Part shown: in pieces, positions 38,701 through 49,290 of the stretch | Layout of the letters: each line of letters opens with the position of its first letter | How positions within the stretch are numbered: position 1 is the stretch's first letter | Source of the DNA: a virus | IMG/VR virus record: IMGVR_UViG_3300021964_000013 | DNA length: 64,000 nt | Strand: one strand, 5' to 3' | Made by a program: the position numbers and the translations under genes | The notes under the pieces: generated by a model | Seen by the model: only the letters and a program-made list of their open reading frames with translations | Told to the model about the DNA's origin: nothing | Database searches by the model: none

Positions 38701-40329
38701 TCCAATGATGGTCATTTCTAATGAAACCGTAGCGCCTCCGTTAAGCAAAACCTCTACGTCTCCATTATTAATTATACGAACACCTTTAATCCATTTGTAG
38801 TTGTTGTTTGTACTTGTTAGATAATCTAATATCTGAATATGTGCATTACCACCTAGATATCCTTCAGAAACAATAAACGCTACAGAGGAGTGAGCATACC
38901 CACGTAAGTAACAAACTACTGGTGAGTTTCCAGAATCCGTTATCTGGAAGAACTTGTACCAGCTATCTACATCACTCGCTGTGTCAACTGAAGAATAAGT
39001 TTTGGTAACACCCCTTGGGTATCTAGCATCCGACTCTGTTTCTGTGTAATATCTATCGTCATGATTATGAGACGCAGCCGCATACGTATTAGCAGTAACA
39101 CTAAACGTTGTATTTGTCAAGGTCAATCCAGTTCCAGCGGTGTATGTGGTATCACTTGAAGATGTACCAGCACCTATAAGAGTTCTAACCTCTGCGGCAG
39201 ATACACCACCAGTTAATGAAGGAGTAGACCCATTAGTAGTAATAGCAGCAAAGTCGTTTCTGTCTAGTGTGTCAAAGTTGGTGTATCCCGTCTTATCTGA
39301 AGCTTCTGAGATAACCCATCCATTACCCCATTGAGCAGTAGCTGAACTAGCGGTATACCCAAACCATAAATCTTTAGCAATAAGTTGAGCGTAGTTGCCT
39401 CCCTCACCGCTGATAAAGAAAGCGGTATTCCCAGAAGAAGAGTTTCTACATACCTCAATAGTCGGTGTATGGTAGGGGTTAGAACATTCATATCTAAATG
39501 CTTGAAATCCTCCGTTAACCTCTGGGTTCCAGTAACCGTATATTTTTATTTCGCCTCCTTCACCCGAAGTATTATAATTGTCTTGGTAAACCAAAGTAAA
39601 ACCACCCATTGAGTAGTTGTCTTGTGGAACTTCAGTCTGAATAACTAAATAGTCAAGGTTCCCACTATTGTTAGAGTAAGAAGCGTGTACCTTACGCCAT
39701 TGGTGCATGTCATGTTCCGCACCAGATGCTTGAGCTAAATTCTCATACTCTAAAGCATAAGTGCCAGCGTGGCTGTGCGATGCAGTAGCAAACGCTGAAG
39801 AGGCTTCATACGCTGCACTACCAAAGATTGAAGACCCAAGCTTTTTCCCTTGCACTCCATTGTCAAGAATAACAAAGTGGTCTTGTGTAGGAGCAAACGT
39901 AGAGGTGTTATTAGTTAACTCTGTAAGATCTACATTAAAAGTAGTGGTGCTTAGGTCTAATAACGTACCAGCGCTATAAGTCGTGTCTGTCGATGATATT
40001 GTTACCGTACCACCCGCAGAGTACGCTACGCCAGCGTTAGTGCCTGCAACGATGTTTAAATCGCCTCCAGAGCCAACAGTAGTTCTTTGTGTATCGTTGG
40101 TCTTTAAATTCCAGCTTACATAGTTATCGTATGTGGCAGAACTAAAAGCCAGTGACCCAAGTGTACGTTTTTCTACCTCAGTACTATTTAACACCAAAGC
40201 TGTAGTGCTTGTGGTGTTTGAGTCAGTAGTACCAATAAGAAGCTTTGCACCTACCTCTATATTCGCGTCTGTAATTAATGTATCACTAGTTAAATCTAAG
40301 TGTCTTTTAGAACCTGTTACCGTAGCCAT
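35704..40329 (-). CDS. Tail fibre with a C-terminal peptidase S74 intramolecular chaperone
   Basis: YSDARVKENV...GVIAQEV...VAYGNITGLLIEAIKEQQKQIDELK; internal repeats. Confidence 0.88.
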   Translation of the reverse strand: MATVTGSKRHLDLTSDTLITDANIEVGAKLLIGTTDSNTTSTTALVLNSTEVEKRTLGSLAFSSATYDNYVSWNLKTNDTQRTTVGSGGDLNIVAGTNAGVAYSAGGTVTISSTDTTYSAGTLLDLSTTTFNVDLTELTNNTSTFAPTQDHFVILDNGVQGKKLGSSIFGSAAYEASSAFATASHSHAGTYALEYENLAQASGAEHDMHQWRKVHASYSNNSGNLDYLVIQTEVPQDNYSMGGFTLVYQDNYNTSGEGGEIKIYGYWNPEVNGGFQAFRYECSNPYHTPTIEVCRNSSSGNTAFFISGEGGNYAQLIAKDLWFGYTASSATAQWGNGWVISEASDKTGYTNFDTLDRNDFAAITTNGSTPSLTGGVSAAEVRTLIGAGTSSSDTTYTAGTGLTLTNTTFSVTANTYAAASHNHDDRYYTETESDARYPRGVTKTYSSVDTASDVDSWYKFFQITDSGNSPVVCYLRGYAHSSVAFIVSEGYLGGNAHIQILDYLTSTNNNYKWIKGVRIINNGDVEVLLNGGATVSLEMTIIGDAAYVSVPALSSAAAGNVVDSVTSLTNGMIRAKGTISGGNTGNWDTAYSWGNHASGGYMSSFILEDGDGTEVSISNGKEVKFVEGTGININWSDTSTGSDSDPYDLTFNIKNNSIGADQINVSGDGSSGQVLTSDGDGTMSWTNKTANTDTITSVGVANSEVSGTVTLSGAGATSLTQTDSTIEIRSTDTQYNDATTSTAGLMSSTDKTKLDGIASGAEVNVQSDWNATSGDSFIQNKPTLGTASASAATDFISATSADTAAELITFAKGTTTDGNSKFYNWRALDNTASTGNSFWRIARITSAQSSRFMITLAGRSTSYSDNSLPAMGHIVGQLNNDNNYDVVFYNHSTASSEVVQEIGIVNVSNTVVDVYIKSGQYAELTATGHISDGSFAVYSNTGADGNTTVDGYITVTEYTAYNSGNLTPLTIGTTSTTAMAGNTAVGDSNVQSDWNATTGDAFIKNKPTLGTAAATASTDYATAAQGLLADSALQSLPSHNHNDLYYTESEMQHFMARALGWVSGYGNASTSYVNYNFTEDAIALSGVGDTSTGAIFKAIRVKAGDKVRFTIMLKGTTASTDGLYIRLYAYNGDMPDGKTHVSNNSGTSEIVVVEESSGDTGWEENRAVPNVWTNYERTYTAGNDGYVSLVVLNWTGHGNETIYLRQPDIQFEKVYDASNLGGTAASSYLTGIAANSVGITELNVTDGTSGQVLTTNGSGTLSFSTVTSGGSDTNYYLDGIERTDGTNTLVFSVSGATNQSFTFGANAFNSTTIPAAEQYTAHEDTSTLSGVYGDTANGTKIDTITVDANGHITAIATGATGNMTGFFVEDGDGTEVQINNANEWKFVQGAGISINWTDTSNGIDTDPYDLTIACTIDSPGEVGLGNLSSSGNALAGTFTATGDIIAYSDARVKENVETIPNALEKVTALRGVNFNKIGEEKRSTGVIAQEVAEIIPEVVHESEDGMLGVAYGNITGLLIEAIKEQQKQIDELKAKLDGSTK

Positions 40330-40340
40330 TATTTATTTTT

Positions 40341-42023
40341 TTATTTTTTACCTCTAATTTTCTTTCTAGATATTTTGTATGGTATTGTAGCGTCTTTAAC
40401 AGATTCATACAAGCTACCATAAGAAATATAATCAAATGTAGATGCGATTTTGTAGGGAGATTTATCAGATTGACCTACTGCTGTATATTTTATTCTTAGT
40501 TGAGTTCCAGAACTAGTAAATGTATGGTATGCAGTTCCAGTGGCACTATAAGTCTCCCAAGTACTTCCATTGTTATTACTTACATAGTAAGATATAGAAC
40601 AACCACTAGGTGTATAATGTCCTATTTTTTCTAAGTGTACAAAATCAACATTAGCACTGTTGTCTAAAGTAAAAGCTCCATAAATTATTTCCCAGTTACC
40701 AATTAATCCATTTCCAATGTCATTAGACCAACTGACATAAGTATGACCATCATACCCATAACCAAGTTTTATCCAGTAAAATGTTCCGTCAGCAGATTGC
40801 ATTCTAAAAATAGGTGTACCATAGTCAGACCTATAGCTTCTTCCTCGTCCTCCGGTTGTAGTATCTTCAGTAGTACTATCGTGTCTATAAACACCTACTA
40901 TTTTGTCGTTGTCTTGGTCTATCCAACCGTCTAACATATTGCGCCCTCTGTCCGAAGTAGTAGGACAAAAGTTTGAAAATCCCGGATTTCTTATAGAGTG
41001 TTCATTAGTGATAGTCTGTACCTGCCCGCCTGCTCTAAAATAGTTGCCGTATCTCTGACCATTAGCAGTATCTTCAGTATAGTATTGACTAATTACTACT
41101 GGGGCTTGTGTGCCTGTTAAACATCTTGACATATCTATTTTAGCATGGCGGCTATTACATCCTACAATTAAAATGTTAGGCGCATTTACAGGGTCTGGAA
41201 TAAACAAACCTTGTTCATATGCATCGTTTCCAAGACCAGCATCTGATAAATCCACCCATACTACTGATGGAGAAGATGTAGACGCATCATAAATTACAGT
41301 CATGTTTGCATTGTAATATGTACAATAAAACATTCTGTCATTCTCTTCGTCATAAAACAGAGTACCACGATAACCATTTCTATCTATAGTAGCACTACCA
41401 CTTCTTTGCTGAGTAGTAAAATCAATTTTTTCTACAGTACCGTCTGTAATATCTCTACGAAGTATAGCCTTGTAGTGAGTAGCACTTTCATCAACTCCAT
41501 AAACCCAATCTCCCGCAATGCTAAGACCAGAGTAATACGAACTACCAACATCAGCTACGGCAGAACCCCCAGCACTCATAAATGTACCTCCTGACTCTAC
41601 TAGTGTAGGTGCGTTGCCGCTAAAGCAGTTTGTGTAATTCCATATAGAATAACCGTTGTTGTCGTAAGACATTATCACAAGTTTCTTACTAGGCTTGTGT
41701 AACACAATAGACTGATTATTAGCATCGCCATATGCGCCTGAAGGGTCTGTGTTGCTATACACTCTAGTAAAAGAACCATCATTGTTTAGTTTAACAATGC
41801 CCATTCCAGCTGCCCAAGACGCATGAATAATTAAATCTCCGTGAACACCATATCCATGCGGAAATCCTATTACGTCATCACTGCCTTCGCTGTATTGAGA
41901 GGTCTTATTGCTCATGCCTCTTTTCCATGCAGGAATAATATTACGCTGCCCCTCATAGTCATTAGCTACAGCACCTGTAATGCTTTGTATATCTGAACGT
42001 GTAAGAGATAAGTTTTTAATCAT
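40341..42023 (-). CDS. Tail/receptor-binding accessory protein (beta-rich)
   Basis: 560 aa between the two fibres; YYVSNNNGSTWET...QLRIK C-terminal domain. Confidence 0.55.
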   Translation of the reverse strand: MIKNLSLTRSDIQSITGAVANDYEGQRNIIPAWKRGMSNKTSQYSEGSDDVIGFPHGYGVHGDLIIHASWAAGMGIVKLNNDGSFTRVYSNTDPSGAYGDANNQSIVLHKPSKKLVIMSYDNNGYSIWNYTNCFSGNAPTLVESGGTFMSAGGSAVADVGSSYYSGLSIAGDWVYGVDESATHYKAILRRDITDGTVEKIDFTTQQRSGSATIDRNGYRGTLFYDEENDRMFYCTYYNANMTVIYDASTSSPSVVWVDLSDAGLGNDAYEQGLFIPDPVNAPNILIVGCNSRHAKIDMSRCLTGTQAPVVISQYYTEDTANGQRYGNYFRAGGQVQTITNEHSIRNPGFSNFCPTTSDRGRNMLDGWIDQDNDKIVGVYRHDSTTEDTTTGGRGRSYRSDYGTPIFRMQSADGTFYWIKLGYGYDGHTYVSWSNDIGNGLIGNWEIIYGAFTLDNSANVDFVHLEKIGHYTPSGCSISYYVSNNNGSTWETYSATGTAYHTFTSSGTQLRIKYTAVGQSDKSPYKIASTFDYISYGSLYESVKDATIPYKISRKKIRGKK

Positions 42024-42175
42024 GACAACTCATTAATTTTATTTGTTGCCTCTTCAATAGAATTGGCACAAGATTTACGACCACGCAGGTCTTCTATCCC
42101 TTTTTCGTTTAAAATCTGTAAATGGTTTTGAGCATTTGCTAACACCCTTTGCCAATATTGTAAATCATCTACCAT
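42020..42175 (-). CDS. 51-aa helical protein (not in ORF track)
   Basis: MVDDLQYWQRVLANAQ...KINELS*; fills the gap exactly, ATGA overlap. Confidence 0.6.
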   Translation of the reverse strand: MVDDLQYWQRVLANAQNHLQILNEKGIEDLRGRKSCANSIEEATNKINELS

Positions 42176-42176
42176 A

Positions 42177-45100
42177 TTAAGACTCTATTACTTCTACCCA
42201 AAACTGATGGAATTTATCTAAATCGTTTGACCCTATTTTATACATGTAAGAAGAATTGTTACCACTATATACTAGTGTTGCTCCTGTCCGTGTTAAATCT
42301 CCTGAAGCAGCTTCAGCATCCATGTAAATTTCTACATGATCTACAAAACGAGAGTCCGGCATTTCGTACTGAATATAATAAGCAGTATTTAAGTTTACAA
42401 CAGACATATTAGCAACGTCTAATGCAGCTGCGCTAAATGCTCTGTTAGCAGTTCCGGCTGTAGAATATATACCGCTCTTAACAGCATATACTCTGTAGTA
42501 CATTGTATCTGATACACTGAACGTAGCGTCAATGACCGTCATTGATGAAGCTACATCTTCTTGCGGAACATGAGCAATCATTCCATAAGAACCGGTAGAA
42601 CTGCCTACCGCAGACCATACTTGGTAGTAATCTACATCTGGTGTAGAAGATTGAGAGAATGTTATTTCTATAGTCTCTCCAACTACAGCGGTGGAATCAA
42701 CACTTGGTGTTGCAGGGCTAATGTCTTCTAGGTAAGCAATGCTGTTAAATGCATTGCTTCCAAGAGTACGTTTTTCTATTTCATTACTTGATCCTAATAC
42801 TAATGCTGTTGTTGAGGTAGCATTTGCGTCAACTGTGGAAACATACATCCTACCTGCTACAGTAACAGTACCAGAGAATGTTACATTGTTAGTAGTTCTT
42901 CCACCAGACATAATAGCTGCACCATTCGTACTATTATCATGTCTACGTAAAGACCAAGTACCATTACCAGTGTTTGGTTGGAATCCAGAAGGTAGTAATG
43001 CGTTTGGATTTCCTTCATAGTATAAAGACAATCCGTATTTATCAGCGGCTGCGTCTGTGTTATTGTGTTCACTAAAGAATATACGACCCGAACCTTCTCC
43101 GCTAGAAGCACCTGCAACACCCTCAATAAGAACCGTACGACCATTGTCATCTGCCTCAGCACGTTCACCTAAAGAGAATGTTTCGCCACCAGCAATGATT
43201 AAATCATTACTTACTATTGTAGTAGAATCTGTTATATTAATTCTTCCACTACCACCGGTATTAAGATTTATAGCATCTGTACCAAAAGTAAAGCTTGTAT
43301 TGCCATCACCCTCATGATAGATACCATCTGCAATGGTAATGTTTGTAGAGGTCAAAGACCCTGCAACATCAAAAGTTGCACCAGTACCAGAGAACCTAAG
43401 TATATTGTCATCAGTATCATCTACAATAGCAAGTGTCATGTCGCCACTTGAACCAGACTTAAATACAATACCTTCTCCTGGGTCTGAAATCTCTAATTGA
43501 TTAACACCAGTAATATTAAAGTTTGTACCAGATATACCTCCATTAGCAAGAGTAAGTCCGTTAATACCACCAGAAGCTGTAAGTGTGTTTGCTACTGTAG
43601 TAGCTGTGTTATTAACTTCTAGTCTTTCTGTACCTCCAGTTACTACACGCCATTGGTCACCAGCGTGAAACTGCATATAAGTATCAGTGTCACCAGTATG
43701 ATAAATACGGCTAGGAACATACAGGTCATTACTTATTTCAGTATTATGACCTCCATCGCCAAGCAATATTTTACTGCCATCATTCCAAACATCTATTGCT
43801 CTCTTTATACCTATATCTCCTCCATCCCAGCTAAACCAAGTTGAAACACCAGTACCTATTCCGAAAGCAAAACCATCTTCTGTAGCAGACCTTTGAACGT
43901 AGAAAGAGTTAGCCGTTATGTCAGTGCTGCTCCATTTCCAAGGAAGTCTTAATGTACCAGTCATCGTATCACCACCAACTGCTACAAAAGCTGTAGATGC
44001 TGACGTTGCAGCAGTACCTAATCCAAGGTTAGTTCTTGCGTTAGCAAGCTCCGTAGAGCTAAGGCTCTGATTGTTTACATCAATACGTAGTCTGTTGCCG
44101 AGGGCAGTAGACATCGTAGTGCTAAAGCTAGCATCATCTCCAAGAGCAGCTGCAAGTTCATTTAAGGTATCTAGTGCAGCTGGTGATGAATCTACAAGGT
44201 TTGATATAGCTGTGCCAACATAAGACTCTGTAGCAACGGCGTTTGAACCAACCAATACCGAACCGCCATATGTAACTCTAAATATATCCCCAACACCATC
44301 TTTTGCAGACCCAAAAATAATAGCATTATTATCCCCGCTTAGATTTTCTCCATCGTACTCAATGTACATAGAGTCACTTGTGGTAACACCCTCTCCAAAG
44401 GTTATTGAAGCACGACCATCAGTATAATGGCTTCCAGTTCCGATACGCATGCCATCTTCAAAAATGGTCATACCCGTAACCGTACCACCAGCTAGCGGAA
44501 GGAATGAAGTACTGCTAAAAGCATTAGAACCTAAACTACGCTTTTTAACCTCTCCAGCAGCGCCTAACAATAAAGCGGTGGTTGCTGTTGTTGTTGCAGC
44601 TACACTACCTATATACAGTTTTCCTGCTAGCGTTGCATTTTGTGACGTGTCTAAGACTAAGGCATTTGTACCGTTAGTTCTTAGGACTATACTTTGATTA
44701 GAAGGCTTAATAGCTATTGAAGAATAGTTACCCGCTCCAGATGCTCTGGCTTGAAACCTCATGTCTGATAAGGCATCTGTACTGCCTACAGTTTCTATAT
44801 ATAATCCACCAGAATCAGCATTTGAATAGGTATAGCTTGAAGCATTTGCAGTTGCCCACTTAAAGTTGGAGTCTAACTTTAACTCTCCAGTCATTGTACC
44901 CCCAGCCGTCATCAACGCCCCCGCAGCAGCTACATTAGTAGCATCCGTTACATCAGCACTGTCTTCAACACCTGTAGCTGTTGAATATGTATTTGTATCA
45001 ACAGATATTACACCGCTTGCGTTTGTTTTTAGTAAACCAGCTCCGTAGGCATTGAGTATAATTGTACCATTGTTTTGTATTCTAAGCCTTTCTTGTATCC

Positions 45101-47891
45101 CATTAGTAACGTTGGTAGATGTGTAGAAAGTTAAATGAGATCCTGCAGAATATACATCATCGTATATTGCTGCCATTTGTGCCTGTACACCTGGACCTCC
45201 ACTAGATCCATCTTCACTATAAAATTCAATCTTACTCCAAGGATTAGTTGTATCTCCTTGTCCTGTTGCTGCATTACCTGCATCCGTTAAACGGAGAGTA
45301 ACTGGGTTTGTTATTGGTGATGGATCTGCACCTGCATTGGCACTGATTTCTAGATGAGCATCTGGACTAGTAGTTCCAATACCTACGCTGCCACTTGCAG
45401 TTATATTGTTGTAGAATGATGCGTTTTTGTTCTTATCTAATCTTAAGACAAGATTTGGAGAGTTAGCTCCAGCAGAGTCTGTGTAAAACTCTAAATAACC
45501 GTCAGCAGTGTTACTTACAGTGTCAGTTCCTCCCTTTATTGCTGCTCTTAATGTTTTATTGTAATTACTTCCATCGTAATAATTGTCGGTAAATGTAATT
45601 ATAGAGCCCTTTTGGTCTGTATTAGATTCCCAGTTATTGTATAAATCTAAGTGAGCGTTACTTGCAGATATACTACCTTGAGATACGTGTTCTGAAGCTT
45701 TGGCAATCATAAGCCTACCGGTCATTGTATCACCACTGACATTAACCAAGTTAGTGTTAGCCCAAGACTCGGAGGCAAGACCAGTTAGCTCTGTATCTAC
45801 ATAGTCTGTCGTAGCGTACCCTGGATCTGTAGATGGAACCCACGAAGGAGTAACATCCGCATTGTTAGCTACACCAGTAGCCGTAGAGTAAGTATTTGTG
45901 TCTACTGTACCATCGGCTTTCAAGAAGCCTGTCGCAGCCGTGTTAGTCTTAAATCCAGCTGCGTGTATATAACCATCAGTATCTATGTGTGATACCTTTG
46001 TAGTAGAAAAATTAAAGGCTACAATATCTTCAACATCGCCTTGATCTGGTTGTATACCTGTATTGCTAATAGTAAGAGCAGCACTTGCTGATATAATGCT
46101 ATTACCTAAAAAATCAGAGGTTGTGTAAATATCTCCTACTACATGTAACTTTTGTGCAGGGTTATCAGTCCCAATACCAACTCTACCTAATCTATCAACT
46201 CTAAATCTTTCAGCAAGTGATGTACCTGCTGCACCAGCATCGGTATCTGCGTTGTTTGTGTATACCACAAACGCACCCATTCCCTCTTCTGCTTGAGACG
46301 AAGCACTACCATCATTGTTACCAACTTCAGCACCTATTCTTACTTGCGGAGTTTCATTAGTGTTGGAATCAACAAACGTAAAGTCAATAAAAGATTTCTG
46401 CTCTACTAAGTCTCCGCTGGTGTCCTCTTGCTTAAGTGTTAATAATGTTAAATCACCGTGACCTCTTTTGATAGTTAAGTCACCAGTCATTGTGTCTCCA
46501 CTAGAATCTACATAAGATGTAGTATCCACGGAAACATCACCGTTAGCATCAGTAGTCAAAAATCCTGCACCGTATGCTGGAACTTTTAACGTACCGTCTT
46601 GGTCAATTAAGAATCTACTCGTTTCTGTACCAGATACCAAAGATTTAATTTCAAAGCTTTGCGCTCCTGCGTAGTTCCTTGTTTCAAGAAGAATACCATG
46701 ATTCATGTCATCATGAAGCATCTTAATGGTAGAATCTAGCTGACCAGTATCACCACTATTTCCACTATCTCCTCTAAGTATAAGTGTAGCAGTTCCTGCC
46801 GAAGTAGCTTGTATTGTACCAACCACTTCTAGCTTCTCACTAGGACTCGTAGTACCAATACCAACGTTGCCAACTGCTTGGTCTACGTGCTGAATTCGCA
46901 TAGTTTCGTAGAACAATGGATTTCCATTAGTGTCAGTACCAAAAGTATGACCGAATGCCATATCTGTGTTATGACCGCCCATAACGACAACTCCGCCTCC
47001 ATCAGCTTGACCAATACTAAATCCTCTAGAGGTGCTATTAGCTCTAGTTAAGTCAAAAGACCAACTATAATCTGACCCCGAAACAACAGCTGGAGTTCCA
47101 ACTTGAAGCTTAAATCCAGGACTTGTAGTTCCAATACCAACGTTGCCAGAAGAGTTAATGCGTACACGTTCAGAGCCATTTGTGTATAAACTGGTAATGC
47201 CGTGTGTCCAGTTAGTGTTGTTTTTCTCAGTTTGACCGAGAATCATTTGACCTCCAGCAGCACCTACAGTTCCGGGTGTATACGAAATCGCGATCTGTTT
47301 GTCCCAATCCCAATCACTAGAAAGATTTATTGTATTAGTTGTAGAATTGCCAATAACCCATAAATGGTCAGAAGTGTAACCAAGTAAATCAATAGCTCCG
47401 TTAAAACGTAGACGATTGTATCCCCCCATTTCAAGCCTAACAGCTCCTTGAGCAGTTGGTTGGGGTACTGTTATTTTCCCGGTTGTAGCAACCTCAAGTG
47501 CATTTGTTGTCCCTAAAGCAGAAGATGCAGCAAGCACAAACTTATCAGAGTCTGAGTTGTCAATACCCATCGTGTATTGCTGGGTACTAATCTTAAACTG
47601 CATACTGGCATCACCAGTATTACCGTCTTCAATAAGAAGTTTTGGATCTGTAGTTTGGTAATCAAAGACGTGAAGCTGCGCGGCTGCATCTACAGAAGCT
47701 TGATAAGTGCCAATGCGCACACCGCCAGAATTGTAGTATATATTATCACTTGAAGCAGTACTCCAAATGTTTGAAGCGATGTAATCAGTTCCAGCTGTTG
47801 CGGCTACGATATTACCGTTGGAATCAACTTTTAATAAAGATCCAGCCGTTACCGTGCTTAGATTTGGTGTGCTTAAAAATTTTATAGCCAT
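42177..47891 (-). CDS. Long tail fibre protein
   Basis: 1904 aa with GNVGIGTTSP and GDTMTG repeats, an LVDSSPAALDTLNELAAALGDD motif and an FN3-like C-terminus. Confidence 0.85.
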   Translation of the reverse strand: MAIKFLSTPNLSTVTAGSLLKVDSNGNIVAATAGTDYIASNIWSTASSDNIYYNSGGVRIGTYQASVDAAAQLHVFDYQTTDPKLLIEDGNTGDASMQFKISTQQYTMGIDNSDSDKFVLAASSALGTTNALEVATTGKITVPQPTAQGAVRLEMGGYNRLRFNGAIDLLGYTSDHLWVIGNSTTNTINLSSDWDWDKQIAISYTPGTVGAAGGQMILGQTEKNNTNWTHGITSLYTNGSERVRINSSGNVGIGTTSPGFKLQVGTPAVVSGSDYSWSFDLTRANSTSRGFSIGQADGGGVVVMGGHNTDMAFGHTFGTDTNGNPLFYETMRIQHVDQAVGNVGIGTTSPSEKLEVVGTIQATSAGTATLILRGDSGNSGDTGQLDSTIKMLHDDMNHGILLETRNYAGAQSFEIKSLVSGTETSRFLIDQDGTLKVPAYGAGFLTTDANGDVSVDTTSYVDSSGDTMTGDLTIKRGHGDLTLLTLKQEDTSGDLVEQKSFIDFTFVDSNTNETPQVRIGAEVGNNDGSASSQAEEGMGAFVVYTNNADTDAGAAGTSLAERFRVDRLGRVGIGTDNPAQKLHVVGDIYTTSDFLGNSIISASAALTISNTGIQPDQGDVEDIVAFNFSTTKVSHIDTDGYIHAAGFKTNTAATGFLKADGTVDTNTYSTATGVANNADVTPSWVPSTDPGYATTDYVDTELTGLASESWANTNLVNVSGDTMTGRLMIAKASEHVSQGSISASNAHLDLYNNWESNTDQKGSIITFTDNYYDGSNYNKTLRAAIKGGTDTVSNTADGYLEFYTDSAGANSPNLVLRLDKNKNASFYNNITASGSVGIGTTSPDAHLEISANAGADPSPITNPVTLRLTDAGNAATGQGDTTNPWSKIEFYSEDGSSGGPGVQAQMAAIYDDVYSAGSHLTFYTSTNVTNGIQERLRIQNNGTIILNAYGAGLLKTNASGVISVDTNTYSTATGVEDSADVTDATNVAAAGALMTAGGTMTGELKLDSNFKWATANASSYTYSNADSGGLYIETVGSTDALSDMRFQARASGAGNYSSIAIKPSNQSIVLRTNGTNALVLDTSQNATLAGKLYIGSVAATTTATTALLLGAAGEVKKRSLGSNAFSSTSFLPLAGGTVTGMTIFEDGMRIGTGSHYTDGRASITFGEGVTTSDSMYIEYDGENLSGDNNAIIFGSAKDGVGDIFRVTYGGSVLVGSNAVATESYVGTAISNLVDSSPAALDTLNELAAALGDDASFSTTMSTALGNRLRIDVNNQSLSSTELANARTNLGLGTAATSASTAFVAVGGDTMTGTLRLPWKWSSTDITANSFYVQRSATEDGFAFGIGTGVSTWFSWDGGDIGIKRAIDVWNDGSKILLGDGGHNTEISNDLYVPSRIYHTGDTDTYMQFHAGDQWRVVTGGTERLEVNNTATTVANTLTASGGINGLTLANGGISGTNFNITGVNQLEISDPGEGIVFKSGSSGDMTLAIVDDTDDNILRFSGTGATFDVAGSLTSTNITIADGIYHEGDGNTSFTFGTDAINLNTGGSGRINITDSTTIVSNDLIIAGGETFSLGERAEADDNGRTVLIEGVAGASSGEGSGRIFFSEHNNTDAAADKYGLSLYYEGNPNALLPSGFQPNTGNGTWSLRRHDNSTNGAAIMSGGRTTNNVTFSGTVTVAGRMYVSTVDANATSTTALVLGSSNEIEKRTLGSNAFNSIAYLEDISPATPSVDSTAVVGETIEITFSQSSTPDVDYYQVWSAVGSSTGSYGMIAHVPQEDVASSMTVIDATFSVSDTMYYRVYAVKSGIYSTAGTANRAFSAAALDVANMSVVNLNTAYYIQYEMPDSRFVDHVEIYMDAEAASGDLTRTGATLVYSGNNSSYMYKIGSNDLDKFHQFWVEVIES

Positions 47892-47931
47892 ATTGCAATG
47901 TCAAATATCTGGAACTAATGTAATAAATTAA

Positions 47932-47968
47932 AACCAGAGAAGGTGGGCTATGCCACCTAACCCTGGTT
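47932..47968. terminator. Intergenic hairpin
   Basis: AACCAG..AGGTGG-gctatg-CCACCT..CTGGTT; T run follows on the minus strand. Confidence 0.5.
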
Positions 47969-47995
47969 CATGTAGTTAATCAACGCTTTGTTGTA

Positions 47996-49282
47996 TTAAT
48001 TTCCTATGTTCGAAATATCTAAAGCGCCTACTAAGCTAGTCATACAGATGTAATCTCCGTCATTCACCGTGTCTGCAAATCTAACCTCAATAGCATTGGT
48101 AGTTGTTCTAGCAACCTCTACAAATACTGTTTCGTAACTAGTAGCGTCTACAATTTGTACGTTAACAAGTTTGCTACCCAAACCATGCGTTACCGTGTAG
48201 GTGTTACTAGACTTAGAAACGTTGTCACGGCTAACAGCATTAAGTAAAATACTATGAGAACCTACACCAAGAGCAGCACCGATATCGGCAACTGATCCAC
48301 GTTTCATTTCTTGCGTTAAACCAGTATCTTGGAATATAACGTAGCTCTGAGATGTTACGGTTTGTGTTCCGAAAGAACCAACCCAAAGACCACCTTCAGT
48401 ACGCCAAATATCGTTTGTCTCGTCCCAGAAGAACTTCTTATTAGTATCGGTACCACGCTCGATTTCAATACCTGCGTCCTGAGAGGCAGCGGCGGTTTCG
48501 TCAGCGTTAAGTACAATAATGTTATCACCAATATTCACCGTGTTAGAGTCAACAGTTGTTGTTGACCCTTGTACTGTTAGGTTACCAGAGATAACAAGGT
48601 TACGGCTACTACCTACAGTTACGTTAGTACCATCATCACTAAGTGGAGAGTCTATTAACTGACCGTTCGTATCATCCCACATTAAGAGGGTATCGTCCGA
48701 TAAACTAGCGTGGTTCTTAAGTGCTACAGCGTTTGTTTCTACAGCAATACCAGTTCCTGCACCTACATCTATAGTAGTAGAACCACCAAGCGATGTTGCT
48801 CCAGCGGTAGCAGTAAGACCTGCGCCTCCAGTAACAGTAATACTAGAGTTAGTTAAAGATGCGTTAGGAATAGAAGCAAGCTTTAAGCTTGTTCCGTCAA
48901 TCGCAATACCTGTAGCCGTACTACACGTAAGGTAAGCAGAAGTAGAACTGCTTACATCGTAGAAGAAAATAGAATCAATTGCACTTTCTCCAGAAATTGC
49001 TGCAAGAGATTCAAGACCTAAGTGAGAGAGAGATACCGTAGCATCACCACCAGAACCATCTGCTACAGAAATACCAGTACCAGCACTAATAGAACGAACA
49101 TCACCTGTTACGTCGAGCCACTCTGTACCGTCGTAAACGTATAGTTTTTTGTTATTAGCTGTAGTGTTGAAGTAAATTTGCCCTTCTGTGCCAGAAGAAG
49201 GCTGCGTGTCTGTAGGGTGAATAGCAGCATTGAGGAGCTGTAATCCACCTAAGTCAATATTACTTTTGTAAAGAATTGCCAT
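47996..49282 (-). CDS. Tail fibre/structural protein
   Basis: GNLTVQGSTTTVDSNTVNIGDNIIVLN...AGIEIERG; C-terminal VTHGLG domain. Confidence 0.7.
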   Translation of the reverse strand: MAILYKSNIDLGGLQLLNAAIHPTDTQPSSGTEGQIYFNTTANNKKLYVYDGTEWLDVTGDVRSISAGTGISVADGSGGDATVSLSHLGLESLAAISGESAIDSIFFYDVSSSTSAYLTCSTATGIAIDGTSLKLASIPNASLTNSSITVTGGAGLTATAGATSLGGSTTIDVGAGTGIAVETNAVALKNHASLSDDTLLMWDDTNGQLIDSPLSDDGTNVTVGSSRNLVISGNLTVQGSTTTVDSNTVNIGDNIIVLNADETAAASQDAGIEIERGTDTNKKFFWDETNDIWRTEGGLWVGSFGTQTVTSQSYVIFQDTGLTQEMKRGSVADIGAALGVGSHSILLNAVSRDNVSKSSNTYTVTHGLGSKLVNVQIVDATSYETVFVEVARTTTNAIEVRFADTVNDGDYICMTSLVGALDISNIGN

Positions 49283-49290
49283 TTTTTTTA

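Noticed and set aside
34755-47891. Diversity-generating retroelement acting on the fibres
   Set aside because: No reverse transcriptase in the window and no near-identical repeat pair differing only at adenines was seen
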